A DNA stretch of 64,000 nucleotides, taken from NCBI GenBank assembly GCA_050173015.1, contig JBFXLE010000003.1, forward strand, positions 160,001-224,000, written 5' to 3'. The notes under the pieces are model-generated. The model did not search any database. It had not been told where the DNA came from and saw only the letters and a program-made list of their open reading frames with translations. The position numbers and the translations under genes were made by a program. Positions 40,165 to 50,193 of the stretch are shown piece by piece. The first letter of the stretch is position 1; every line of letters begins with the position of its first letter. The stretch comes from Calditrichaceae bacterium. Lineage in GTDB: Bacteria > Calditrichota > Calditrichia > Calditrichales > JBFXGD01.

Positions 40165-40190
40165 AAAAAAAAGGCGGGTTAAAACCCGCC
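40165..40190 (-). terminator. Intrinsic terminator after rplI
   Basis: GGCGGGT/ACCCGCC stem plus U8. Confidence 0.85.
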
Positions 40191-40196
40191 GGTATA

Positions 40197-40640
40197 TTAT
40201 TCCTTTACAACCCAGACTTTTACAGTAGCTTCAACTTCGCTATGCAATTTTATTGGTACTGAGTAAATCCCGAGAGATTTGATCGGTTCTTCGAGTAAAA
40301 TCTTGCGTTTATCAATCTCATAACCCTGATTCGTCAGAGCTTCTGCAATATTTTGTGAAGTAACGGACCCAAACATTTTATCTTCTTCACCAACCTGAAC
40401 GGTTATGGTGCATGAGACATTTTCCAGTTTGTGAGCGAGTTCTTCTGATGATTTTTTAGCCTTGCTCTGCAATAGCGTCAATTGACGAACTTCATTTTCA
40501 TATTTGTTTACATTTTCCTTGTTGGCAATATATGCCACGCCTTTTGGCAGCAGATAATTACGGGCATAACCATCTTTTACAACCACCATTTCACCCGCCT
40601 TACCCAAGCCTTTATAATCTTCGCGTAGAATGATTTTCAT
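40197..40640 (-). CDS. rplI: 50S ribosomal protein L9
   Basis: VKDGYARNYLLP, KMFGSVT motifs. Confidence 0.98.
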   Translation of the reverse strand: MKIILREDYKGLGKAGEMVVVKDGYARNYLLPKGVAYIANKENVNKYENEVRQLTLLQSKAKKSSEELAHKLENVSCTITVQVGEEDKMFGSVTSQNIAEALTNQGYEIDKRKILLEEPIKSLGIYSVPIKLHSEVEATVKVWVVKE

Positions 40641-40668
40641 AGCAAAACACCTTCATTTTTTCTAATTA

Positions 40669-40920
40669 TTAACGAGTAAAATCGGCCACAAAAGGAATTA
40701 AGGCCAGATGTCTGGCGCGTTTGATTGCCAGTGCTAATTGTCTCTGATGCTTGGCACATGTACCCGAAGTGTGACGCGGTATTATTTTACCTTGTTCAGT
40801 AAGATAACGTAAAAGCTGACGTTCATCTTTAAAATCGATATAAATATCACCAGCTTCGCAAAAATGACATACACGTTTTCTTTTCATCTTTACCATTTTG
40901 TTCGAATCTTTATTTCTCAT
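40669..40920 (-). CDS. rpsR: 30S ribosomal protein S18 (Zn-binding form)
   Basis: CHFC...[15 protein letters not shown]...IKRAR. Start placed at the ATG at 40920. Confidence 0.96.
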   Translation of the reverse strand: MRNKDSNKMVKMKRKRVCHFCEAGDIYIDFKDERQLLRYLTEQGKIIPRHTSGTCAKHQRQLALAIKRARHLALIPFVADFTR

Positions 40921-41356
40921 TTTCACCCTCTGCTGGCTTATTTTCACTCTCATTGATTACTTCTTCAACTTCTGTAGTTTCCGCTTTTTCCGGAACGACT
41001 GTTTTTTCCGCTTTCTCCGCTTTTTCAGCTTCCCGGCGTTCTGCCTTCTGTTCCATAACTTTCAATTTGTTTTTGTCAAAAATATAAGTCAGGTAACGAA
41101 GAACCTTATCGTTGAAGTTATATTCACTTTGAAGTTCTTTGGGGATATTGCCGTTTCCTTCAAATTCGATGGATACATAAAATCCATATTGTTTCTTCTG
41201 GATTTCGTAGGACATCCTCTTTTTACCCCATTTTTCGATCTTGCGAACGGTACCGCTCTTCTCTTTTATAATATTGGTAAACCGTTCCACCGCAGAATCA
41301 ATCTCCTTCGGCGGCACCAAACTATCCATGATAAAAATAGTTTCGTAAATTGCCAT
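40910..41356 (-). CDS. rpsF: 30S ribosomal protein S6
   Basis: [21 protein letters not shown]; acidic tail. Confidence 0.96.
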   Translation of the reverse strand: MAIYETIFIMDSLVPPKEIDSAVERFTNIIKEKSGTVRKIEKWGKKRMSYEIQKKQYGFYVSIEFEGNGNIPKELQSEYNFNDKVLRYLTYIFDKNKLKVMEQKAERREAEKAEKAEKTVVPEKAETTEVEEVINESENKPAEGENEK

Positions 41357-41360
41357 AAAA

Positions 41361-41405
41361 CCTCCTTTGGTCTGACGATTCCATCCACTTTAGATGGAAT
41401 AGGAT
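41361..41405 (-). promoter_or_regulatory. S6:S18-type ribosomal leader RNA
   Basis: UCCU-[AUUCCAUCUA-AAG-UGGAUGGAAU]-CGUCAGACCAAAGGAGG directly before rpsF; UCCU can pair with the SD. Confidence 0.65.
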
Positions 41406-41428
41406 TAATTGAACGTAATCTATCTAAT

Positions 41429-43447
41429 TTATAAGAGTGGTGCAATAACCAATGCAACCACGGACATTAATTTTATCAAAATATTCAGTGACGGACCGGC
41501 TGTATCTTTGAACGGATCGCCCACTGTGTCGCCGACAACCGCCGCCTTGTGCGCGTCAGAACCTTTACCGCCATAAGCTCCGCCTTCAATATATTTTTTC
41601 GCGTTATCCCAGGCGCCTCCGGAATTTGCCATAAATATCGCCAATGATACACCGCTTACCGTGACACCGGCAAGAAGACCGCCCAGCATTTCAGCGCCAC
41701 CAAAGAATCCAAAAAGGACCGGGGTGAAAACCGCAAGTAATCCGGGTACTACCATTTTCTTTATAGCAGCGGCAGTCGAAATATCCACGCATCTGGCAAA
41801 ATCGGCATCCGCTTTGCCTTCCATAAGACCGACGATTTCTTTGAACTGTCTGCGGACTTCCGCAATCATTTCATAAGCGGCTTCGCCAACAGCCTTCATC
41901 GCGTAAGATGAAAACAGAAAAGGCAGCATGGCTCCGACAAACAAGCCGGCCATAACTGACGGGGAAGCCACGTTAATTGAATCAATCCCTGCCGTGGTCA
42001 TAAACGCGCTAAATAAGGCGAGTGCCGTAAGCGCGGCGCTTCCGATTGCAAAACCCTTTCCGATGGCGGCGGTGGTATTTCCAACAGCATCAAGTTTATC
42101 CGTACGCTGACGGACTTCTTTTTCAAGTCCGGCCATTTCCGCGATTCCGCCGGCATTGTCCGCAATCGGACCGTATGCGTCAACCGCTAACTGAATTCCG
42201 ATAGTGGCGAGCATACCAAGCGCCGCAATCGCTATTCCATAAAGTCCCGCTTCGGCAAAAGCTATCATGATGGCAAGAGCAATAACAATAATCGGCAAAG
42301 CGGTACTCAACATACCGGTTGCCAATCCGGATATAATATTTGTCGCGCTTCCTGTTACTGATGCTTCCGCGATCTTTTGCGCGGGTGTTCTCGATTCAGA
42401 TGTATAATATTCGGTTAACATACCGATTGAAATTCCACCAAGCAGGCCGGATACCATCGCCCAGTAAATTCCCAGCGCATTTTCATCAATATAAGCCTGG
42501 ATGACAAAGTAGGAAATAATTGCCATAAATATACCGGCGCCGAAAGTTCCGATATTCAGCGCTGTTTGAGGATTACCTCCTTCTTTCGTTCTTACGAAAA
42601 AAGTCCCGATAATCGAAACAATAATCCCTACGCCTGCCAGCACCAGAGGCATAATCACATGGTTTAGCGAAATAACCGCGCCAAGCACCATGGAGCCAAT
42701 GATCGCGCCCACATACGATTCAAACAGATCCGCGCCCATTCCGGCGACATCACCGACATTATCACCGACATTATCTGCAATAACTGCCGGATTACGAGGA
42801 TCATCTTCGGGAATTCCCGCTTCCACTTTTCCGACAAGATCAGCGCCAACATCAGCGGCTTTGGTATAAATCCCACCGCCTACACGGGCAAATAATGCTA
42901 TTGAACTCGCTCCAAGCGAAAAACCGCTCAGGATAGGCATTACCTGATTTTGCAGGACAACCAAAGATGTGGTATCAAACATCTGTGAATACAACAGAAA
43001 CAACCCGCCAAGCCCCAGAAGCCCAAGACCGACAACGCTCATACCCATCACAGAACCGCCTGAAAACGCAACAATCAGAGCCTCTGACAGGCTCGTCCTA
43101 GCCGCATTTGTTGTCCGAACGTTCGCCACAGTCGCCACCCGCATTCCAAAAAATCCCGCGAGAGCGGAACTTACCGCGCCTACGACAAAGGATAGAGCAA
43201 CAAGCTGTGTTCCTTTCTGTAAATTACCTGCCACCAAAGCAATAGCCACGACCAGAACAAATATCGCCAGAACTCTGTACTCTCTGGTAAGAAACGCCAT
43301 GGCTCCATCGCGGATATTACCGGCTATTTTAACCATTTTTTCCGTGCCGCTATCCTGCTTGTTAACCCATAACGATTTCCAAAAAGCAAACATTAACGCC
43401 AGTATAGCAGTTCCAATTGCAAACGAGACGTTGAGAGTTATATCCAT
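41429..43447 (-). CDS. hppA: Membrane ion-translocating pyrophosphatase, K+-dependent type (probably Na+-pumping)
   Basis: [45 protein letters not shown]. Start moved to MDITL (43447) after a GAGG RBS. Confidence 0.95.
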   Translation of the reverse strand: MDITLNVSFAIGTAILALMFAFWKSLWVNKQDSGTEKMVKIAGNIRDGAMAFLTREYRVLAIFVLVVAIALVAGNLQKGTQLVALSFVVGAVSSALAGFFGMRVATVANVRTTNAARTSLSEALIVAFSGGSVMGMSVVGLGLLGLGGLFLLYSQMFDTTSLVVLQNQVMPILSGFSLGASSIALFARVGGGIYTKAADVGADLVGKVEAGIPEDDPRNPAVIADNVGDNVGDVAGMGADLFESYVGAIIGSMVLGAVISLNHVIMPLVLAGVGIIVSIIGTFFVRTKEGGNPQTALNIGTFGAGIFMAIISYFVIQAYIDENALGIYWAMVSGLLGGISIGMLTEYYTSESRTPAQKIAEASVTGSATNIISGLATGMLSTALPIIVIALAIMIAFAEAGLYGIAIAALGMLATIGIQLAVDAYGPIADNAGGIAEMAGLEKEVRQRTDKLDAVGNTTAAIGKGFAIGSAALTALALFSAFMTTAGIDSINVASPSVMAGLFVGAMLPFLFSSYAMKAVGEAAYEMIAEVRRQFKEIVGLMEGKADADFARCVDISTAAAIKKMVVPGLLAVFTPVLFGFFGGAEMLGGLLAGVTVSGVSLAIFMANSGGAWDNAKKYIEGGAYGGKGSDAHKAAVVGDTVGDPFKDTAGPSLNILIKLMSVVALVIAPLL

Positions 43448-43460
43448 ACCTACCTCTTGA

Positions 43461-44039
43461 TTAATTTGTATTGGCATCCAGGAAATTTCTATTATACTCA
43501 TTCATTGCGCGATCAATACCTTCATCAAGCCAGATTTTGATTCCGTCACTTGCATGTTTCAGAACAAGTTCAAGTTTTTGCTGCTCATCTTTACCAAAAC
43601 TTGAAAGAACAAAATCGATCGAGTCATCAAAGTCTCCGCCTATCCCTATTCTCAACCTGTTAAAATTTTGAGTTCCGAGATGGGCGATGATTGATTTTAT
43701 ACCATTGTGGCCGCCATCACTTCCCTTACGGCGGAACCTTAATACTCCTAATTGAAGATGAAAATCATCGTAAACGACAAGTATTTCATCTTCCCGGACA
43801 GAAAAATACTCCATGACCTGCCCGACCGCAGCCCCGCTGTTATTCATATATGTCGTGGGCTTTACAAGAAGTACTTTATGCCCGCGCAGGTCCAGTTCAC
43901 AAAAATAATAATCCCCTTTGCCCGGGCGAAAGGGGATATCTAAATCTTTTATTATATAGTCTAAAAGGATAAATCCTATATTATGGCGGGTTGAACGATA
44001 GCGAATACCGGGATTGCCTAAACCAAAAACTACCTCCAC
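43461..44039 (-). CDS. pth: Peptidyl-tRNA hydrolase
   Basis: [31 protein letters not shown] motifs. Confidence 0.97.
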   Translation of the reverse strand: MEVVFGLGNPGIRYRSTRHNIGFILLDYIIKDLDIPFRPGKGDYYFCELDLRGHKVLLVKPTTYMNNSGAAVGQVMEYFSVREDEILVVYDDFHLQLGVLRFRRKGSDGGHNGIKSIIAHLGTQNFNRLRIGIGGDFDDSIDFVLSSFGKDEQQKLELVLKHASDGIKIWLDEGIDRAMNEYNRNFLDANTN

Positions 44040-44054
44040 TGCCCTTCTTTCTAT

Positions 44055-44696
44055 TTACTTTTCAGAATCTTCATCATCTTTCGCGCGAGCAGTGATTACT
44101 TCAGGTTCAGCGGATTCTTCTTCAATCTCTTCTTCTTCCTCTTCAACCTCGATTTCTTTTGGTGCCGCTACAACGCAAACCATATCTTCCAGATCGTCAA
44201 AAACTTCCATATTTTCAACTTTAATATCCTTAACACGGATGGAGTCCCCGATCTCAAGAGCACTTATATCCACCTTGATATAGTCAGGCATATTTTTAGG
44301 CAGTACCTCAATATCCAGCTCATGTTTCACTATGTTGAAATTACCCCCGGCTTTAATTCCCGGAGCTTCTCCCTCAAAATGAAGGGGTACTGTCACCTTA
44401 AGAACGTGCCCCGCGGCAACTCTTAAAAAATCTACATGCAATACTTTTCCCGTCACCGGATGATATTGAATTTCTTTAATAACCGCCTGTTTTTCTTTGC
44501 CTGCGACTTCCAACTTAATAATTGAATAGTCTTTTTTTAACATCAACTCTAGTTGATGAGCATCAAGTATGAGCAGTGCAGGATCCTTATCCTGACCGTA
44601 TAGAATTGCCGGAACCTTCCCTTCTCTTCTTAATCCACGGGCAATTACTTTTTTATTTCCGCCGCGTTTTTCGGCATTTAGCATTATTTCCGACAT
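44055..44696 (-). CDS. rplY: 50S ribosomal protein L25 (Ctc type)
   Basis: LRREGKVPAILYG, QYHPVTG..LHVDF, acidic tail. Confidence 0.96.
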   Translation of the reverse strand: MSEIMLNAEKRGGNKKVIARGLRREGKVPAILYGQDKDPALLILDAHQLELMLKKDYSIIKLEVAGKEKQAVIKEIQYHPVTGKVLHVDFLRVAAGHVLKVTVPLHFEGEAPGIKAGGNFNIVKHELDIEVLPKNMPDYIKVDISALEIGDSIRVKDIKVENMEVFDDLEDMVCVVAAPKEIEVEEEEEEIEEESAEPEVITARAKDDEDSEK

Positions 44697-44718
44697 TATC
44701 AGCTCCTATATTTTTTAC

Positions 44719-44745
44719 AAAAAATGCAAACCATCCAAGCTTGCA
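44719..44745 (-). terminator. Weak terminator between tRNA-Gln and rplY
   Basis: UGCAAGC-N7-GUUUGCA followed by U6. Confidence 0.5.
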
Positions 44746-44761
44746 CTCCAAAATTCAATCG

Positions 44762-44833
44762 CTGGGGTGGAAGGACTCGAACCTCCGAATGGCGGGACCA
44801 AAACCCGCTGCCTTACCACTTGGCTACACCCCA
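44762..44833 (-). tRNA. tRNA-Gln (TTG)
   Basis: Acceptor stem TGGGGTG/CACCCCA, anticodon arm GCGGG-TTTTGGT-CCCGC, GGTTCGA T-loop; CCA not encoded. Confidence 0.97.
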
Positions 44834-44859
44834 ACTTCCATAAAAAGGAATAGATTTTG

Positions 44860-44888
44860 AATTTAAGATTTCAAATATGTGATGTCAA
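44860..44888 (-). promoter_or_regulatory. Sigma70 promoter of tRNA-Gln
   Basis: TTGACA-17 nt-TAAATT, same hexamers as the tRNA-Gly promoter. Confidence 0.75.
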
Positions 44889-44976
44889 GATCAATATCAA
44901 TTTTTTAACTTAAAAAATTTATTGATCCAACTCAATAAATATATGTCTGAGGGTGATACGACCGGGATGATTATTC

Positions 44977-45423
44977 CTATCCCAGTTTACGAATAAGTAT
45001 TACATCGTTTCCGATAAAATCATCGATTAAAAATCCGCAGTTTTTCAACATTTTGATACTCGGTATATTATAACGGTTCACATGACAGTAAACTGTATCA
45101 AATACACCTTTTAATTTATTCAGCAGCAGGCTCAACGCCAGGGTGCCAATCCCTTTGCTTCGGTTTTCTCCCACAACCATCAGAATCTGCGCTTGCTTGC
45201 GAACCTGATCTTTTTCTTCGGTAAAAACTTTTATATCACCTACTAATTTATCTTCATTATAAATTTCATAATACTTTTTGTAAACCGGCTTAACCGGATC
45301 ATTTTTTACCTGATCGTGATAGCTGATAAATTTTTTTATCTGCGGATCATCAAGCCATTTTTTCCGCACGGCGTTAAAATCTATCTGATCAAGTTCTATT
45401 AGTTTAATATCCATATTACACAT
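44977..45423 (-). CDS. GNAT acetyltransferase (RimJ/RimL-like)
   Basis: RSKGIGT, N.PSIKML..CGF motifs. Confidence 0.75.
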   Translation of the reverse strand: MCNMDIKLIELDQIDFNAVRKKWLDDPQIKKFISYHDQVKNDPVKPVYKKYYEIYNEDKLVGDIKVFTEEKDQVRKQAQILMVVGENRSKGIGTLALSLLLNKLKGVFDTVYCHVNRYNIPSIKMLKNCGFLIDDFIGNDVILIRKLG

Positions 45424-45559
45424 CCGGCTTAGATGTAAATTTAAGTTTTTCTTCCTTAAAAATGATTATCGATCAAACTTTATAAAATTATAGAATTTTT
45501 TTCATTTTTTCAATACTTGCTTCACCAATTAATCAGAATTATGATGATATTTTAGTTTT

Positions 45560-46468
45560 CTAAAACCGCATCATAAATGAGAAACGATGTGTATTTCCCA
45601 GATCATAATCATAAGGAACAAACGCGTAATCAAATCTGAATTTCTCATATTTCACACCGATCCCTGCTGAAAGATTTGTATCATTATTTCCCGTCATCAA
45701 ACCGGAGCGAAAGGATAAATACTCTTTTATATCAATTTCAGCTCCAACCCGAATGTATGTGCTTTCATCAAGGATATGTTCTAAATCGGCGGTGAGTAAC
45801 GGTTTTCTGTCAATAATCTTAAACGGCAATTTATACGCAAAACCATTCCTGAATATCACCGGCAGAGATGTGGCTTCCTTTTTCAGCTCAGACATTCTTC
45901 CGATGTTCCGGAAGGTAAATCCCCAGTCCAGACCACTTAAAATTTCACGTTTCTGAACACCAACGTCCATTGCCCAGCCCGGTGCGGAATAAAGATAGTA
46001 TTCCTCATACAAATATTTAACTGTTATACCCGCGAGCCAGTCCCCAAAAAACGTCGACGCATAGCTGACAGAGGCGCTGATATTGACAGCATCCACATTG
46101 CCGTCCGGTTCAGTGTCCGGGACATTACCCCTGATTTCAACTCCGGGAATCGTCATAAGATTTACCGAAACACCAAAATTATGCCTGCCTTTTTTGAAAT
46201 TAATGGCGGCAAACTGCTGAGTAATATCAAGAAGCCATTGATTATGCATCACGATCATTGAAGAGCCTTCAGCAGCCGCTAAACCGGCCGGATTCCAAAA
46301 AGACGCTCCCGCATCGGAAGCCAAAGCAGTAAATGCCCCGCCCATTCCCGCGGCCCGGGCGTCAACATCCAGTTTAAGAAACGCCATCCCGTTGCCGCCC
46401 GCCTCCCCGGCTTTTAATCCGGCTGAAAGACCCGCGATCAGAATTAAAATTATTAATCGTTTTTTCAT
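45560..46468 (-). CDS. PorV/PorQ (UPF0164)-family outer-membrane beta-barrel
   Basis: FLKLDVDARAAGMGGA...FWNPAGL, DYAF.P, C-terminal F. Start moved to MKKRL (46468). Confidence 0.85.
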   Translation of the reverse strand: MKKRLIILILIAGLSAGLKAGEAGGNGMAFLKLDVDARAAGMGGAFTALASDAGASFWNPAGLAAAEGSSMIVMHNQWLLDITQQFAAINFKKGRHNFGVSVNLMTIPGVEIRGNVPDTEPDGNVDAVNISASVSYASTFFGDWLAGITVKYLYEEYYLYSAPGWAMDVGVQKREILSGLDWGFTFRNIGRMSELKKEATSLPVIFRNGFAYKLPFKIIDRKPLLTADLEHILDESTYIRVGAEIDIKEYLSFRSGLMTGNNDTNLSAGIGVKYEKFRFDYAFVPYDYDLGNTHRFSFMMRF

Positions 46469-46487
46469 ATTATTTTCCAAAAATTTA

Positions 46488-47429
46488 TTATCTGATATAA
46501 ACCTGCCATGAAAAAATATGGCTGCTGCCCTCATCAACAACACTCGGTACAAACGCATAATCAAGATGTGACAAGAACCGGCTTAGTTTGAAATCCATAC
46601 CCAGTCCCACTTCCGGTTGATCACCGTTCAAACCGAGTCTCAGGGCCAGATTTTCTCCCTGAAGGGCTTCAAATCCTATATGATGATCATAAGAGCCCTT
46701 GTCACTCCATTCAAAATCGTACAGCGCGCGAAGCCATGGATATGGCGTGATATAACCAATACCGACACGATACGTCACCGGGAAATAATCAATGGTGGTC
46801 CCGCCACGCTCAAAAATATTTTCCGTATTGGCCTCCAGTTTTGAACCCACATCTTTCACAACCGCCGCCATTGTAAATTTTTCATTATACCGGTACACCG
46901 CTCCGAAATCACCGCCCACCCCTTTTGAAGAATAATCAAATGAATCGGTACCGTCATTAATATATTCAAGTAATAATTTTAATGACACGCCTATCGATAA
47001 TTTAGATCCGAATTTTCTGCCAAAGGTGAAGTAAACGGCGTTTGCCGAGTGATTTATTTCCCCGGTATTCTGACCGATACTGTTATATGATGATAGATTA
47101 TCCACTCCGCTCTCGATCCAACCAATAGAAAACCCGGCGCCTGGCGGCACTTTCATACTAAATCCCACATATTGGTAACGTCGGTCCTGTGATAAAAAAC
47201 TGTAAGAGAGTGAAACCACCTTATCTTCAATCATCCCGACCAGCGCGGGATTATAAAAGAACGAAAATCCATTCGGCTTATCCGCCACGCCGGCATCCCC
47301 CAGGGAAATTGATCGCGCGCCAAGTCCCATTCTCAGAAATGATCCCGCATATCCGCCATTTTCGTCCGCCATTCCCGACGAGAATGTAAGAAGAATAAAT
47401 ATGATCAGAACCGCAATTTTTTTTATCAT
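46488..47429 (-). CDS. PorV/PorQ (UPF0164)-family outer-membrane beta-barrel (second paralog)
   Basis: FLRMGLGARSISLG...FYNPA, DYAFVP motifs. Confidence 0.8.
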   Translation of the reverse strand: MIKKIAVLIIFILLTFSSGMADENGGYAGSFLRMGLGARSISLGDAGVADKPNGFSFFYNPALVGMIEDKVVSLSYSFLSQDRRYQYVGFSMKVPPGAGFSIGWIESGVDNLSSYNSIGQNTGEINHSANAVYFTFGRKFGSKLSIGVSLKLLLEYINDGTDSFDYSSKGVGGDFGAVYRYNEKFTMAAVVKDVGSKLEANTENIFERGGTTIDYFPVTYRVGIGYITPYPWLRALYDFEWSDKGSYDHHIGFEALQGENLALRLGLNGDQPEVGLGMDFKLSRFLSHLDYAFVPSVVDEGSSHIFSWQVYIR

Positions 47430-47442
47430 TAAGATTTCCGCC

Positions 47443-48903
47443 TTAATTTATCACAACCAATTTACCCCAGGTCACCTTGCCGCCGATTTTTGCGCGAAAG
47501 AAATACACACCGCTGGCAACGATTTCTCCATCACTGTCCCGCCCATCCCATTTTGTGCTACGGTCTGAATCATTTGTTGAAATATAGGCGTGATTATCCC
47601 TGATTGTAGTGACCTCTTCCATCGCGAAATTATATACTTTTATTTCCACATCGACAGATTTTGTGATATCATACTGAAAACGGATATAACCGTTTCTCGC
47701 TGGAGAAAATGGAGATGGATAGGCATAGACTTCCGGTTCTTTCCGTAGTTTTGTCGATACAAAAGACCGAATGACATTCCATGTATTGCCATTGTCGGCA
47801 GTTACCGCTATTCCATCCGCGCTGCCCAGCCAAAGCCTCGTTACAGCACCTGTTTTCTGAACTGCTACCGAATAATATTCATCCGAGAGTATTTCCTCGC
47901 CCGTGTTGGTATCTCTGACCGGTGGGACTACATACCATGAATACCCGTCATCTTCGGAGATAAACAACCCTTCATCCGCCGCCACGTAAATACGCGCTCC
48001 GTCAAACGCGAAATTGTGAGCAAATATCCCCGGAAGCATAACATCCCAGGACAAACCGCCGTTTGACGTTTTGCTGACCGCTCTGAGTTCGTTTGTGGAA
48101 TTTGACTCAATTGTCGCCGCCCAGATCGTGTTATTAAATTCCTGGTGCGCCAAGGCGACCACAAAATTTCCTGAGATGGGATTTTCCTGATTTTCATGCG
48201 TAAAGACCTGCCATGTCTCCCCTCCATCCGCGCTTTTACCGATACCGCCGGCAGTGCCGACCCATAAATTCCCGTTTTCAGAAATCACAGAAAACGCCAG
48301 ATGAATAACATTATCATTTGCCGCCCGGAACGGCTGACCGTCAATGGTTCTGACCGTCCAGGTATTCCCCATATCTGTTGATTTTCTCAACCCGCCGGCC
48401 CAACTCGTAATCCAGACCACGGAGTCCTGAGCGGCAATGTCATAAGTAACGTTAAAAATGGGAGTCGTCGTAGGACTGTATTCCGTAAGATCTACAGGAT
48501 CAACCGGTTGAGGCATACTCGTCCAGGTCTTTCCGCCATCCGTCGTATAGCTCAGACCGCCTCCCGCGGGCAGGTCTTCACCCTGAGCAGCCGTATCAAA
48601 CGCGGTCGAAATCCAAAAAGTGGAATCATTGGTGATGGCCATTGCCGCGACACCGCCCTTGGCAATATATTGCTTACTTGAATAGGTCTGCCAATAATTT
48701 CCGAAATCAGCGCTTATATTCAGGCCATAACCCGTCGCGGCGCTGATTGTTGAATCACGCGCAACAAAATCAACGATTCCGTTTCCATAAAGATAGCCGT
48801 TAAAAACATTATCCGGATCATCCGAAATCTGATAGGTCTTTTTATAAATACCCTGCGCCAACAGGAAACCCGTGAGGAGAAAAAGCATGATAACCGATTT
48901 CAT
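47443..48903 (-). CDS. Secreted Asp-box/BNR beta-propeller with a C-terminal FlgD-Ig/T9SS CTD-like domain
   Basis: About seven S/T-x-D-x-G-x-x-W repeats; tail YPSPF...WDGRD..G..VASGVY...KLVVIN. Confidence 0.8.
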   Translation of the reverse strand: MKSVIMLFLLTGFLLAQGIYKKTYQISDDPDNVFNGYLYGNGIVDFVARDSTISAATGYGLNISADFGNYWQTYSSKQYIAKGGVAAMAITNDSTFWISTAFDTAAQGEDLPAGGGLSYTTDGGKTWTSMPQPVDPVDLTEYSPTTTPIFNVTYDIAAQDSVVWITSWAGGLRKSTDMGNTWTVRTIDGQPFRAANDNVIHLAFSVISENGNLWVGTAGGIGKSADGGETWQVFTHENQENPISGNFVVALAHQEFNNTIWAATIESNSTNELRAVSKTSNGGLSWDVMLPGIFAHNFAFDGARIYVAADEGLFISEDDGYSWYVVPPVRDTNTGEEILSDEYYSVAVQKTGAVTRLWLGSADGIAVTADNGNTWNVIRSFVSTKLRKEPEVYAYPSPFSPARNGYIRFQYDITKSVDVEIKVYNFAMEEVTTIRDNHAYISTNDSDRSTKWDGRDSDGEIVASGVYFFRAKIGGKVTWGKLVVIN

Positions 48904-48948
48904 CTCTTCCTTTCGCTCAAAATTTATTCCAGAGAGTTAATGATCAAA

Positions 48949-50115
48949 TTAATAAACCAACAGAGAATCAACTATTTCCGGGCTGAGCTGTCCCACTTTG
49001 TCCCTGGAATTAAAATGCAATTTATATAAACCTTTTTGATTACTGCTCTCCAGCTGGATGATCAGCGAAAACAGGCCGTCTCCCGCCTGATCATCTCCGT
49101 AAAAGCTGCTGCCGTCATCATTTAGTTCAAATTTAGCGCCGCCGCCGCTGAATGTGCCGTCCGGTTTTTCCATCCTGAAGTAAACAGAATCGATATCGCT
49201 AAGTCCCTGCGGATCCCCTGCCAGGGCATGAATCTGTATTTTTTCCTTTCCGCTGGGTCCTGTGGGAAGCTTCACCGAATCCGGCAGTTCGGTTTCATAA
49301 ATAATCCCGTTCATATTTTCCAGAAAGATGAGTCTGCTGACAGAAGCGCTTTTCTCGTTAAATTCATCATTTGCTATAAATTCCAGATTGTAAAAACCCT
49401 TTTTCGATGCGGAAAAAGATGAATCCATTTTGAATGAAAATATGGAATCTGCCGCTGTCACATCACCATGTGCAGCGAAATTTCCGTCATTATACATGTT
49501 GAGCGTGCTGATTATAAAAGTGTTCTCCGCGTCTTTGATATTAAAATAGACGCTTCCGGCCGACGGCGCGCCGGTGCTGTCCACAGCGGTGACATAAAGA
49601 TATTCTGCGGTAATACCGCTTTTTAACGTATCCGGTAGCACCGTATTTGTGACGCGGATATTCCCGCTGAAATCAAAAATCACTTCTCTGGACAACGGAA
49701 TGGAAGTGTTCCCGTTTTTATCTTTTGCGCTAAAGACGAATTTGTATAGCCCCGCTCCGGTTGTTAGTTGAGACGGTGTGAATCGATTACTGAATATCCC
49801 GTCCTTTGCCAGCACATCTCCGGATTGCTGATGATAGTAAGATCCGTCATCATAAAGCGAATCCCTAAAAACCGCAATCCCTGAAATATTTTGCAGTTCA
49901 AAGGTTACACTTTCAAGCTCATCGAGTCCCTGCGGATCATAAACCTGAACCTCAACAAGATTCTGATTTTGTGATGATAAATTCCAGCTTTCATTCATCC
50001 AGGTGGCAAGAATTTCCGGATCACTCCCGGCTTGAATCCCATTTTCATCATCCGAACACGAAAACAGCAGAAACATTCCCGGCAAAATAATAAATATTAA
50101 TATTTTCCTGATCAT
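48949..50115 (-). CDS. Lipoprotein with three Asp-rich Ig-like repeats (choice-of-anchor X-like)
   Basis: Lipobox LFSC; three D(D)G...GD..A.D..FS motifs. Start moved to MIRKI (50115). Confidence 0.65.
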   Translation of the reverse strand: MIRKILIFIILPGMFLLFSCSDDENGIQAGSDPEILATWMNESWNLSSQNQNLVEVQVYDPQGLDELESVTFELQNISGIAVFRDSLYDDGSYYHQQSGDVLAKDGIFSNRFTPSQLTTGAGLYKFVFSAKDKNGNTSIPLSREVIFDFSGNIRVTNTVLPDTLKSGITAEYLYVTAVDSTGAPSAGSVYFNIKDAENTFIISTLNMYNDGNFAAHGDVTAADSIFSFKMDSSFSASKKGFYNLEFIANDEFNEKSASVSRLIFLENMNGIIYETELPDSVKLPTGPSGKEKIQIHALAGDPQGLSDIDSVYFRMEKPDGTFSGGGAKFELNDDGSSFYGDDQAGDGLFSLIIQLESSNQKGLYKLHFNSRDKVGQLSPEIVDSLLVY

Positions 50116-50193
50116 TGAATCACCTGTCTGTTTTATTTTCGGCATTTAATTTTTCGATCACCCGTCGTAACATACATAATTTTGTCTCAACAA

